A DNA stretch of 64,000 bases from Patescibacteria group bacterium (GTDB lineage Bacteria > Patescibacteriota > UBA1384 > XYA2-FULL-43-10 > 1-14-0-10-43-13), in contig JBAYHC010000001.1 in assembly GCA_041666325.1 (NCBI GenBank), forward strand, positions 329,708 to 393,707. The letters are read 5' to 3'. Positions 1 through 10,600 of the stretch are shown one piece after another; the first letter of the stretch is position 1, and each line of letters opens with the position of its first letter. The notes beneath the pieces are model-generated. The model had not been told where the DNA came from and did not search any database. It saw only the letters and a list, made by a program, of their open reading frames with translations. A program made the translations under genes and the position numbers.

Positions 1-157
1 TTGTCAGCATTTCAGATAACGAGACTAGCACAAGCAAGAAAACAATCAAGCGAAAGAAAAAATAAAGACAACACTTCCTCTGTCTATAGCTAATCCATTC
101 ACAAAGATATTGTTTTGATTTTTTGTTGAGTATGAAGGCAAACTTTGTCTTTACTGG

Positions 158-186
158 TTGACTTCTGGACTCAAAAAAGGTACAAT
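158..186 (+). promoter_or_regulatory. sigma70 promoter for tRNA-Lys
   Basis: TTGACT (158-163), 17-bp spacer, TACAAT (181-186). Confidence 0.75.
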
Positions 187-218
187 TACTTCTGTTATTT
201 ACTGATTTGAATAATCTT

Positions 219-293
219 GGATCGCTAGCTCAATGGTAGAGCAGTGGCCTTTTAAGCCATTGGTTCTGAGTTCGAGTCTCAGGCGATCCACCA
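219..293 (+). tRNA. tRNA-Lys(TTT)
   Basis: Cloverleaf with GGATCGC/GCGATCC acceptor stem, anticodon loop CT-TTT-AA, TTCGA T-loop and encoded CCA. Confidence 0.95.
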
Positions 294-327
294 AAAAAAC
301 GTTGAACGCAAGTTCAGCGTTTTTTTG
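294..327. terminator. bidirectional intrinsic terminator between tRNA-Lys and lepA
   Basis: A-run, ACGTTGAAC-GCAA-GTTCAGCGT hairpin, T-run. Confidence 0.8.
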
Positions 328-383
328 ATAGCATATTGAATTTAACCGAACAACAAAGGTCGTGTTTGTGCACACCGATAATC

Positions 384-2252
384 CTACTCGCTTCGGAGAA
401 CTTTAACAAAGACATCGCTTGGCACTTCGATGCGACCTATCTGTTTCATCTTCTTCTTGCCCTTCTTCTGCTTTTCCAGGAGCTTATTCTTTCTGGTTAC
501 GTCACCACCGTAAAGCTTGGCAATGACATCTTTCTTGAAAGGAGAAATTCGTTCCGAAGCAATAATCTTTCCACCAATAGCAGCTTGAATCTTAACTTCA
601 AAATTCTGGCGCGGAATTAACTCCTTCAGCTTTTCAACAATTCTTTTGCCCTCTGAATAAGTCTTTGATTTGTGCGTAATAAAACTGAGCGCATCAACTT
701 TCTCCTCGGCAATCAAAATATCCACTTTGTCCAGCTCGGCTGGGCAGTAGTTGGCGAGCTCATAGTTCATGGAAGCGTATCCCCTGGAAACGCTCTTAAT
801 CTGGTCGTAGAGGTCGATGATAACCTCAGCCAAGGGAACAGCGTAGCGCAATATTACTCTGTTTTCATCAAGATACTCCATTGTATCAAATTCAGCCCGT
901 TTCCGCTGAACCAGTTCCATGATATCGCCGACATATTCCTTCGGCGAAAAGACCTCAAGCTTTACTGTAGGCTCAAGAATTTCACGAAAGCTACCAAGAA
1001 TGGGAAAATCAGATGGACGGCAAATCTCTGTAACTTCACCTGAGAAATCGACAACTTCATACCGAACAGTCGGACTCGAAACAACAAGGGAGAGATTGTG
1101 TTCTCGCTCAAGCCGTTCTTTGACAATATCCATGTGCAAAAGTCCCAGGAATCCGCACCTGAAACCGAAACCAAGCGCCTCTGAGCGTTCAGTTTCGTAT
1201 GAGAGCGAAGCGTCATTCAACTTTAACTTCTCAATGGCCTCCTTCAACTCAGGATAATCGGACCCGTCAGCACAGTAAATTGACGAAAACACCAAAGGCA
1301 AAACCTTTTTGTAACCTGGGAGAGGAGAGTCGGCTACTTTTTCCTTGAGAGTTATCGTATCTCCAACTCGAGCCTCAGAGACATCTTTGAATCCAGTAAC
1401 AATGTAGCCGATCTCGCCGCTAGAGAGGGGAGAGGATGGAAAAAACTTCGGCGCAAAATATCCAACCTCGAGAGCGTGACCCTGGCTTTTTGTTTCCATC
1501 AAATGGAAGCTATCTTCTTTTTCGACCTTACCGTCAACGATCCTGACATAGGCCACGACACCCCGATATGGATCGTAAACGGAGTCAAAAATAAGAGCGC
1601 GCGTTGGCGCGTTACTATCCCCTGCCGGGGCAGGAATTCTCTCGACAATCCGATCCAAAATATCAACCACGCCTTCTCCTGTCTTACCAGAAGCGTATAA
1701 GATATCGTCCCTAGAGCAGCCCAGCACTTTAACAATTTCGTCGGCAGCCTCATCTGGTCGGGCGGCCGGAAGATCAATTTTATTTACAACCGGAATAATC
1801 TCCAGGTCATGATCCATGGCCGCATAGAGAACGGAGAGAGTTTGGGCCTCTATCCCCTGCGTCGCATCAACCAGCAAAACAGCTCCCTCCACAGCAGCCA
1901 GAGAACGTGAAACTTCATAGGCAAAATCAACATGACCTGGGGTATCAATCAGATTAAGGATATATTCCTCTGAATCAGGAATCATTAACTTTGAGTCATG
2001 GATGATTGCGCTGGGATTGTCTTTAATTCGTAATTCGTAATTTTTAATTGCCTTGATCGGAGACCAAAGCATCCGCACTGGTGCGAGTTTGATCGTAATC
2101 CCCCGCTCCCTCTCTAGATCAAGCTGATCCAAGAGCTGCTCTTTCATCTCGCGCTTCTGTACAGTATTGGTCAACTCGAGCATGCGGTCAGCCAAAGTTG
2201 ACTTACCGTGATCTATATGCGCAATTATACAAAAATTTCTGATTTTCGTCAT
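384..2252 (-). CDS. lepA: elongation factor 4 (LepA) with ~31-aa in-frame insertion
   Basis: IRNFCIIAHIDHGKSTLADR, DTPGHVDF, NKID, GFRCGFLGLLH and LepA C-terminal KLYGGDVTRKNKLLEKQK. Confidence 0.97.
   Translation of the reverse strand: MTKIRNFCIIAHIDHGKSTLADRMLELTNTVQKREMKEQLLDQLDLERERGITIKLAPVRMLWSPIKAIKNYELRIKDNPSAIIHDSKLMIPDSEEYILNLIDTPGHVDFAYEVSRSLAAVEGAVLLVDATQGIEAQTLSVLYAAMDHDLEIIPVVNKIDLPAARPDEAADEIVKVLGCSRDDILYASGKTGEGVVDILDRIVERIPAPAGDSNAPTRALIFDSVYDPYRGVVAYVRIVDGKVEKEDSFHLMETKSQGHALEVGYFAPKFFPSSPLSSGEIGYIVTGFKDVSEARVGDTITLKEKVADSPLPGYKKVLPLVFSSIYCADGSDYPELKEAIEKLKLNDASLSYETERSEALGFGFRCGFLGLLHMDIVKERLEREHNLSLVVSSPTVRYEVVDFSGEVTEICRPSDFPILGSFREILEPTVKLEVFSPKEYVGDIMELVQRKRAEFDTMEYLDENRVILRYAVPLAEVIIDLYDQIKSVSRGYASMNYELANYCPAELDKVDILIAEEKVDALSFITHKSKTYSEGKRIVEKLKELIPRQNFEVKIQAAIGGKIIASERISPFKKDVIAKLYGGDVTRKNKLLEKQKKGKKKMKQIGRIEVPSDVFVKVLRSE
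1971..2063. repeat. heptamer-periodic imperfect palindrome inserted in frame in lepA
   Basis: GAATCAG-GAATCAT-TAACTTT-GAGTCAT arm and TTTAATT-CGTAATT-CGTAATT-TTTAATT arm; encodes SPIKAIKNYELRIK...IHDSKLMIPDS. Confidence 0.7.
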
Positions 2253-2387
2253 ATCAAATTATACTAGACCATTTTGCCTAATTTGTCGAATTAAAGAGCG
2301 CCCTGAAAATCCTGCTTTAACAGCAACGATTTTGAAACAATTTTAGGCTAACCGGATTTTGTCCCATCCAGGCAGAACAAAATTGGC

Positions 2388-4352
2388 CTACTCATACCTT
2401 AATGCTTCCATTGGAGAAAGACGGGATGCGCGCTTCGCTGGATACCATCCGGCGAGCAATGCAACCAAAACGGTGAGAACAAGCATCTCTGCCCCGAAAT
2501 AGAATGGAGTAACAAATATCTTTAAGCTCGTTTCGATATTACTAGCGGAAGCAAGGTAGGCCAAGATTGAATTGATTAACCAACCAAAGAGTAGCGACCC
2601 AGTGATGCCGACCAGCCCACCCCAAAAACCAAAGAATATAACCTCATACTGGAATATCTGTTTAACATCTTTATTCGTTGCGCCAATAGCCTTCATTATT
2701 CCAACTTCATGCGTGCGCTCCAGAAGCGAGATAGTCATAATATTTATGATGCCTAGAAGCGCCACCAGTAATCCAACCGCTCCAATTACTCCCAAAACAA
2801 TCTGGATTATCAAAAAAACCCTATCTATCTGTTTGACCAGATCAGTAACAGAGGTAGTTGATAGACCTAATTTCTCAACAGAATCACGAATCGCCTCAAC
2901 ATTCTTGCGGTCATTTGCCCTAACCTTGACTGAATTGTATTGGGTCGATCCAGTCAGAGTCTTCAGCCTAGAAAGAGGCACATAGGCAGCGACCACAACA
3001 TCATCAGAGGTAGAACCTTCGATTTTACCTTCTATATCAATATTTTTAGAATCTCTCAGGTCAGCAAGGGATAAGTTGTTGCCTTGCGGCAAAACTGTCA
3101 ATTGGAATCTTGCTGTCTTGCCCAACAAGCCTGACTCATCTTTGATATCTAGCCCCTTTAGCGCTGCCCTAGAGAGCAAGATGCTATCATCCGCGGACAA
3201 GCCATTTTTTTGGTCTGTCTTGATCCCCTCCAGCGCCAGGGCATCACTTCTAATTCCGTAAACCATCGTTTGAGTTGTCGCACCACCAAGTGTTATCTTG
3301 CCAGGCAATGAGAGTGTTGGACTTACCAACGCAACGTTAGGAATTTTGGTCAACCGATCAACTAAGTTGTCATCAAGATTAAGGACAGAATCTTTGCCAA
3401 CTGTCACAGTAATAGTCTTTAGCGCCTCGAAAGAGGCAATCTGACTCGAAGTGATTTGCTGTAACCCAATCCCCAATGAAACCAAAGTTATGATTGACCC
3501 AACACCAAGTGCAATGCCCAATGTAGTCAAAGCGGTCCGTAACCTTTTACCCAAGAAGTGTAGACGTGATAGGCGCAACATGTCAAAAAAGCGCAAACCA
3601 CGGTTCTTGTGAGCAGCGATATAATATGGCAAATCGTGATCTTCAACAAAACATTCTCCAGAAGTCAAAGAATTCTTTTCGTGAGCGACCCGACCATCAC
3701 GCATGTAGATAATTCTGTTGCCATACTCTAAGTATTCAGGATTATGAGTAACTAGTATTATTGTTCTTCCCCACTTATTGACCTGCTTCAAAAGCTTCAT
3801 AATTTCCAAACCGGTCGGTTCGTCAAGATTTCCGGTCGGCTCATCTACCAGTAGTATCCATGGATTAGCAGCCATTGCCCGAGCAACAGCAATTCTCTGC
3901 TGCTCTCCACCAGACAGTTCACCTGGACGGTGTTTTGCTCGATCGGATAGCCCTACAGCCTTTAGCATCTCAACCGCCCTACTATCAGATTCTTTTCTCG
4001 TCGTCCCAGCTAAAGTTAGTGGCAAAGAAATATTATCTCTAGCAGATAACATCGACACTAGATTGAATTGTTGAAAGACCATGCCGATTTTACTGCGTCG
4101 GTAGAGTGCTAGATCTTTCTCCTTCATTTGAGCCAAGTCAGCGCCACGCACAATCACCTGACCGGAGGTCGGTTTATCTAGACCAGCCAACAGACTAAGA
4201 AGCGTTGTTTTACCACAACCCGAAGGACCAAAAACAACAACAAAGTCACCGGAATAAATCTCAAGGTCAACACCGCGCAGAGCATCAACTTTATGTGACC
4301 CTACTCTAAAAGACTTCTTCAGTGCCGAAATTTTGATGATAGAATGTGTCAT
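2388..4352 (-). CDS. MacB-like fused ABC ATPase/FtsX-type permease
   Basis: GPSGCGKT, LSGGEQQR, DEPTGNLD; TM1, large extracytoplasmic domain, ERTHEVGIMKAIGA, C-terminal PMEALRYE. Confidence 0.92.
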   Translation of the reverse strand: MTHSIIKISALKKSFRVGSHKVDALRGVDLEIYSGDFVVVFGPSGCGKTTLLSLLAGLDKPTSGQVIVRGADLAQMKEKDLALYRRSKIGMVFQQFNLVSMLSARDNISLPLTLAGTTRKESDSRAVEMLKAVGLSDRAKHRPGELSGGEQQRIAVARAMAANPWILLVDEPTGNLDEPTGLEIMKLLKQVNKWGRTIILVTHNPEYLEYGNRIIYMRDGRVAHEKNSLTSGECFVEDHDLPYYIAAHKNRGLRFFDMLRLSRLHFLGKRLRTALTTLGIALGVGSIITLVSLGIGLQQITSSQIASFEALKTITVTVGKDSVLNLDDNLVDRLTKIPNVALVSPTLSLPGKITLGGATTQTMVYGIRSDALALEGIKTDQKNGLSADDSILLSRAALKGLDIKDESGLLGKTARFQLTVLPQGNNLSLADLRDSKNIDIEGKIEGSTSDDVVVAAYVPLSRLKTLTGSTQYNSVKVRANDRKNVEAIRDSVEKLGLSTTSVTDLVKQIDRVFLIIQIVLGVIGAVGLLVALLGIINIMTISLLERTHEVGIMKAIGATNKDVKQIFQYEVIFFGFWGGLVGITGSLLFGWLINSILAYLASASNIETSLKIFVTPFYFGAEMLVLTVLVALLAGWYPAKRASRLSPMEALRYE

Positions 4353-4627
4353 TTCTTTGCTTTCTCCTGAATTCCGTTCATCTTTTCCTCGATATCAGTT
4401 ACCTCTAGCATCAGTTCAAATATGGCAATAGTTATCAGCGCAATGAGTACTGAGACGATCAGCAAACCAACAACTATGCCAATCTTCTTTTGAACCACCG
4501 CCTCAGGATACCGGATAAGAACAATGAGTGCCATGAGCACAATCGCTAAAGCAATTGTTACGCCTATCACCAGACAGAGATAGGCTCCAGTTCTCACCAA
4601 TATGTTTTTAGATTTTATGTTCATCAA
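4349..4627 (-). CDS. small two-TM membrane protein
   Basis: Two hydrophobic helices; 4-bp overlap with the MacB-like gene, starts 6 bp after the giant gene stop. Confidence 0.75.
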   Translation of the reverse strand: MMNIKSKNILVRTGAYLCLVIGVTIALAIVLMALIVLIRYPEAVVQKKIGIVVGLLIVSVLIALITIAIFELMLEVTDIEEKMNGIQEKAKK

Positions 4628-4632
4628 TTGCC

Positions 4633-7600
4633 CTAATTATTTATCCAGTCCTCAAACCCAGAGAAGGCCTGCTGCAAAGCATGCAGGATTACCTCTAGCA
4701 CACTCTCGTCTACCGGTGGTCTCTCAGTGGCAAATACCTGATCGTCGCTCTCGCTCGATGCGTCTTGGCTGCTTGCCGACAAACGGAAGTGGTAGGTGGT
4801 ATTTGGCTTCAACCTCTCAATGAGCAATGTGTGCGACTGATTCAAATCGTCACCGGCCCCAATCTCCTGACCATACGACGCACTCTCGCCATAATTTACC
4901 TTCGCTTTAGATAATGTATCCGTTTTGAAGCTAACGATGACGCTCGATTCGCTCTGGCTGGTCATACCCTGTTCGATTTTTATGTCTTGGATGACTGGCG
5001 TCCCAGAAGTGCCCTCGCTGGCCTCCCTTACTTCATCGCCTAGCCTATAGCTATATCTTCGCCCACTCTTAATCTGAAAATCAATGTAGAAGTTATTCTC
5101 TGTTTCGACAATCGCAACAAAATCTCCATCTTCTTCCTTGCGCTCCAGTTTCTTCGTGCCATCACCCTCCCAATAGATGGCGTTAGCCGGACGGTCAGGT
5201 GTGGAAATGTTGATAACAGACAAGATCGACTCACCATTGCTAGCATTCGCAGTCCCAGCGCTGTAACTCAGGAGGTTTTTGATCGCATTAGCAATACCAG
5301 AAAACGCATCAGTTATATTTTGAAGGATAATCTCCAAAACACCCTTGTCCTTGATTACTTGTTTTGTTGCAAGGGACTGGTCTGGCGAGACAACCTCATT
5401 CCCATGTTTATCCTTTGTGATGATTCTGTAATGGTAAGTGGTATTCGGCACCAAATCAGACAGAATTACCGTATGGGTTGAATTCAATCCGGAATCAAGC
5501 ACCGTCTTGTTAGTGTAGTCACTGCCCTGCCCGTACTCTACCTGCGAGGTTGATGGCACAGTGGTTTTCCAGGTAACTTTGGCCTGGGTCTTCTTGCCTG
5601 AGACCTCAGATGGCATAGCATTAATATCGGTTATCTCAAGCTTGCCCTCACCAATGACGGAAGACGAGAGCTTGATAGTTTTGCTTCCAGCCTGTTGGTT
5701 GGTTGTTTTGAGAACTGTTGTATCTGCTAAAATGCCCTCAAGTCTGCCTGAAACATTTTGAGCACGATCAATTGCAACAACCGAGTAGCTAGCTGATTCT
5801 TCAGCTGTCGTGCCGTCAAAATAATAAGCATAGCCTGATAACTTATCCTCGGTCACCTTTTCAGTTATTAACTTACTGGCAGCAACAATTGATTGGTCAT
5901 CTTTTGCAACTGCATATCCCAATAGGCCCGACCCGTCTTCCTTGGCTAAAGGCCAAACCAAAGCGACAGCATACTTTCCTGAAGCTCGATCGGAAGCATC
6001 GAACATCATCATGGTCTCACTCATCTGTGGCTTCTCCGTATCAACAATCATAGCTAGCTCACTAGAGTATGATGAAGTATTACCCAAGTTATCCTTGGCC
6101 TGAATTCGAGCATAGTAAATGCCGTCAGTTGGCAATTGATATTTAGCAGTCGGCATGTCAGCATTAGTCAAGGTTGAGACAAGAATTTCTTGGCTATCGA
6201 CGACATCCTTCAACCCGGAGGCTCTACCGATCGAAAGATAATAGGCCTTGATGCCTGAGTTGTCGTCGGTAGATAAGTTCCAGGTGAAAGCAATATCTTT
6301 CTTGTTGACAATTTCTTTGGAATCAAGCAATGAAACTCTTTCAGTGATTGTCGGGCTGCCTGGAGTGGTTGGATTGTCGGAGTCAGGCTTGCCTGAAACT
6401 TGGGTTGAAGCAGAAGAGTAGTTGTCAGCGTCATCGAGCGCCTTGATTGCATAGTAGTAAGTGGTGTTATTCTCAGCAGTGGTGTCAACGTAGGTTGCTT
6501 CGCTCGTGGTTGTTGTGCTGGCGATCTTGTTAGCGACCAAATCAGGTGTAAAGTTCTCGGTAGTCGAACGGAAGATAGCGATATTGACAAAGTCTGAGTC
6601 GGTCGGATTAGTCCAGGAAAGGGAGATCGAGGTGTTGCCGGAGACGGCAACCAAGCCGGTTGGTAGAGCGGGCGCAGTCGTGTCGAGAACGATCGTGTCA
6701 GAAATAACCTCGGACTCATTTCCGTATTGATCTTTGAGCTTGAGGTAAACTGTGCGGATGCTGTCGGCACCGGCAGCAAGTACCCAGGATTTGGTGGTAG
6801 CAAAAGTTTCATAGTCAGCCGATCCTAATTCAGATTCACTATTGGCCACTTTCATCTGTGGAGCCTTGTCAGTTGTCACACTTAGTGTGACTGTAGTCGC
6901 ATTAGACTTGGCTGCAGCATCATTGATCGAGATAGTGCCAGTTGGATTGGTGTCATCGTTGGTGATGGTGTAGGTATGAGTTTGATTTGCTCCGATCGTT
7001 GCGTTCGAGGGGTCAGAAAGGGTAGCAACCAAAGTTTCGTCAGCCTCCACCACTCCGTTATCAGTGACTGCCAGAGCAATGCTTTTGCTCGTCTCGCCGG
7101 CAGCAAATGTCAATGTCCCGGAAGCGGCAGTGTAGTCTGAGCCGGCCTCAGCTGTTCCATCCGAGGTAGCGTAAGCAACGGTAATTTCTTTAGCTGAAGC
7201 CAAGGAGAGAGAGACAGTAATAGTTGGAGCTACCACTGTTTCTAAACCGCTCGAACTGGCTGCTAAGAATCCAACCGTTGGCGGATTGTCATTGTCAGCG
7301 ATGGTATAGGTGTATTCGGTGGTCGCCCCGAGGGCGACATTGGTCGGATTGCTGATGTCGATAACGACGGTCTCATCCAGCTCATCGGTCGGATCATCAA
7401 CAACCGCAAAACCAAGTGTTGTAGAAGCTTGGCCAGCAGCAACCGTGGCCGTACCATTGGCCAAGGTGTAATCAGTCCCGGAACCAGCAGCTGTACCAGA
7501 GAGGGCGTATGATACCGTAATATTACGACCGGAAACAGCTGAGAGGGAAAGAGTGATTGATTTAGATGTGACGCTCTCAGCCCCACTCTCGGCATCGGTA

Positions 7601-10600
7601 TCAAATGTGATTGATGGGGTGGCATCATCATCGGTGATGGTGTAGGTGTGGGTTGTATTACTACCAAGAGATGAATTAGCTGGATTAGAAAGAGTCAGGA
7701 TAATCGTTTCATTGTCCTCATCGAGGGCATCATTGACAATCGTGACCGGAATATTGACCGAGGTCTCCCCTGCCGCTATCTCGGCGGTGCCGGCAGCCAA
7801 AGTGTAGTCGGTGCCTGAACCGGTGGCTGTGCCGGAGAGAGTGTATTGGGCTGAGGTCGCCAAGCCGGATGCCACATCCAGAGAGACGGCGATATTGACA
7901 GATGTTGTACTCTCGGCATTACCAGACGTTGTACTACTGAATTGAATCACTGCTGGATTATCATTATCAGTGATGGTGTAAGTGATGGCGGAATTGACAC
8001 CGAGGCCGGCGTTGGCTGGATTGGAGAGGGTAACGATAACTGTCTCATCGTTCTCATCCAAAGTGTCATTGACGATGGTGAGGGGGATGGTGGTAGATGT
8101 TGCTTCAGCAGCAATCGTCGCCACACCATTGGCCAGAGTGTAATCCGTGCCAGAGCCAGAGGCCGTACCGGTGACAGTGTAGCCGGCGGTGATTTCCTGG
8201 CTGGAAGCGTTGGACAGATTAACAGTCAGCGTGACTGATGTCGTCGCTTCACTGCCGCTGGCAGTGGCCGCACTAAAGGCAATAGTAGGCGTGCCATCAT
8301 CATCGGTAATGTAGGCCGTGACCTGTTGCGGTGTTGCCTCCGTGCCGTTGGTGATAGAGTCGATATCGACGATCATAGTCTCGTCCGATTCATCAAGGGA
8401 ATCATCAACCCCGGTTAGACTTGCCGTGCCGGTTAACTCCCCTGCTGCGACAACGATTGAAGCGCTACTTCGAGTGTAATCCGTGATGTTGGTCGCTGTG
8501 CCGGAATAGGCCAGATTGACGGTCACGCTCTTGCCCGACACGGCTGAAAGCGTTGCTGTTGCCACCGCCACTCCACCATTTTCAGCCAAAGGCGAATCAG
8601 CCAGAGACAGTGTAACACTGGGCGCATTATCGTCATCAGTAATGGTGTAAGTATGGGCAGTATTTGCTCCGAGCGTCGCATTTGTCGGAGATGAGATTGT
8701 CATGATCACCGCTTCATCAACCTCATCAGCCAGATCGTTAGCGATAGAGAGCGGCAGGGTCGTCGTAGTGCCTCCGGCCGTAATGGTTGCTGTCCCGCTG
8801 GCCAGGGTATAATCAGTACCGGAACCGGTCGCTGTGCCACCTGTGACAGCATAGCTGACACTGACGTTCTCGGAAGATTGCGAAGGAATTGAGATTTCGA
8901 TAGATGGTGAAAGTGTTGATTCAGCGCCAGAGCTTGAGGCCAAGGTAAATTGAACCGCTGGAACTTGAGAGGTTGTGAAAGAGACATATGAGCCGTAGCT
9001 TGTGCCGATGCTGTTGGTAGCATAAGCCCGAATGTAATATGTCGTATTGAGAGTTAAGCCCGTGATTGTTTTGGTGAAAGCCTCAGCACCAAAATCACCA
9101 CTATCGTAAGAATCCCAAGTATCCGTCTCAGTCAAGCCATATTTGAAGCCGCGAACAGTCGCATTAGCTCCGCCCGTTGCAGTGGTGGTGCCATTGGCCA
9201 CAATCGTTGTTTGTAAAACAGTTGTCGCCGCCTGGGTTGTCACCGTCGGTGTTGTGGTAAACCAGCCGGTGTTACCACCACCATTGGTTGAATTGGTTGG
9301 GAGTATGGCAGTGCCCTGATTGTTGGAGTTCGAAACATTGGCGTATGAAATGTTCACACTTCCCTGAGGCAAGACATTCCACTGGCCGCTTCCCCCGCTT
9401 CGCTGCAAGGCGATCAAGTGGTCGGCCGCGCCGGTCACCGTCCAAGTTCCGGCAATTGTCTGGGTATCGCCGGCATTAAATGAGAGCGTCTGATCTTGCG
9501 TGGTGGTTGAGAAGGCGTTAAAAGTGGTCGAGCCGGATATGGTCTGGCTTGTCCCATCAAAGACAACGGTGCCGGAATTGTGGGTGAAGGCGCCGCTTGA
9601 TTTGGTCCAATCACCAGAGACTTGAAGCTGGCCAGAGGTTGAGGTAAATGTCCCACCAGCCAGAGCGAGATTGCCATTGATGTCAACCGTGCCGGAGCCA
9701 CCGGAGAAGTTACCGTTTGATACATCAAAATTTGCCACACCGACGGTGATCGAATGTGTACTTGACTGAGTCAACGTGCCGTTATCAATATCAACTCCCC
9801 GAGCGGTCAAATTAGTCGGCAGAGTAAATGTCCCGCCAGCACCATTGATCCAAAGTGTAGCGTTGGTATATGTCCAGTTCTTGATGTCTCGTGTTCCAGA
9901 TGTTGCATGGTATTCTATCGTAGCGCCCTCAGTGATAGTATCGAGCGTTGAGACCGCGGCTTCATCCCCTGTCATCTTCAAGACACCGGCAGCACCGATG
10001 GTAAACTGATCATTGACGGTCAAGTCCTGGCCATTTAGATCCAAAGTTCCGGAGGTGATAGCAAGATCTTGAGTAGCATTATTTAAAGTTAAGGCTGCCT
10101 CAGCGCGAATCGTCCCCCCACTGACCGTCCAAGAACCCATATAGCCTGGCGACGCGCCGACAACCAACGTTCCGTTACCATTTTTTGTTAAGGTTCGGGC
10201 ATTGCCCCCGCCGGTCATCGCTCCGCCTACTGTCAAGGTGCCACCATTTACGGTCACGCTCCGATTAGCGTTTAGCGTGGGAACTCCTGTACCAAGATTG
10301 AGGTCATTGGTACCGGTGAAGGCAAAATCACCATTCCACGCCATGACATTATTGTTCGCCAGAGTGATCGACGTGCCGGAGGTGTTGTCAATTGTTCCGC
10401 CGGATATTGTAAAAGTCCCTGATCCAATAGCTTGGGCATGGTTGATGTTGAGTGTACCAGCCGACACAGTCATACCATTGCTAAAGGTGTTGGCACCACC
10501 TAAAGTCAAAGTGCCTACGCCAGCCTTACTAAACGTCTTGGCTCCACTTATAACACCATTGATCGTCAGAGTATGACTGTTGACAGTAAAACCAGATCCG

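Noticed and set aside
1-150. Partial minus-strand membrane ORF at the window start
   Set aside because: An open hydrophobic frame exists, but it has no clear start or motif
1971-2063. Intein or self-splicing intron in lepA; also considered for nrdD and the ABC ATPase insert
   Set aside because: Too short and lacking the C-terminal His-Asn splice motif; nrdD shows no insertion
6960-8965. Regular repeats as a CRISPR array
   Set aside because: They are diverged protein-level Calx-beta repeats; there are no identical spaced DNA repeats and no cas genes
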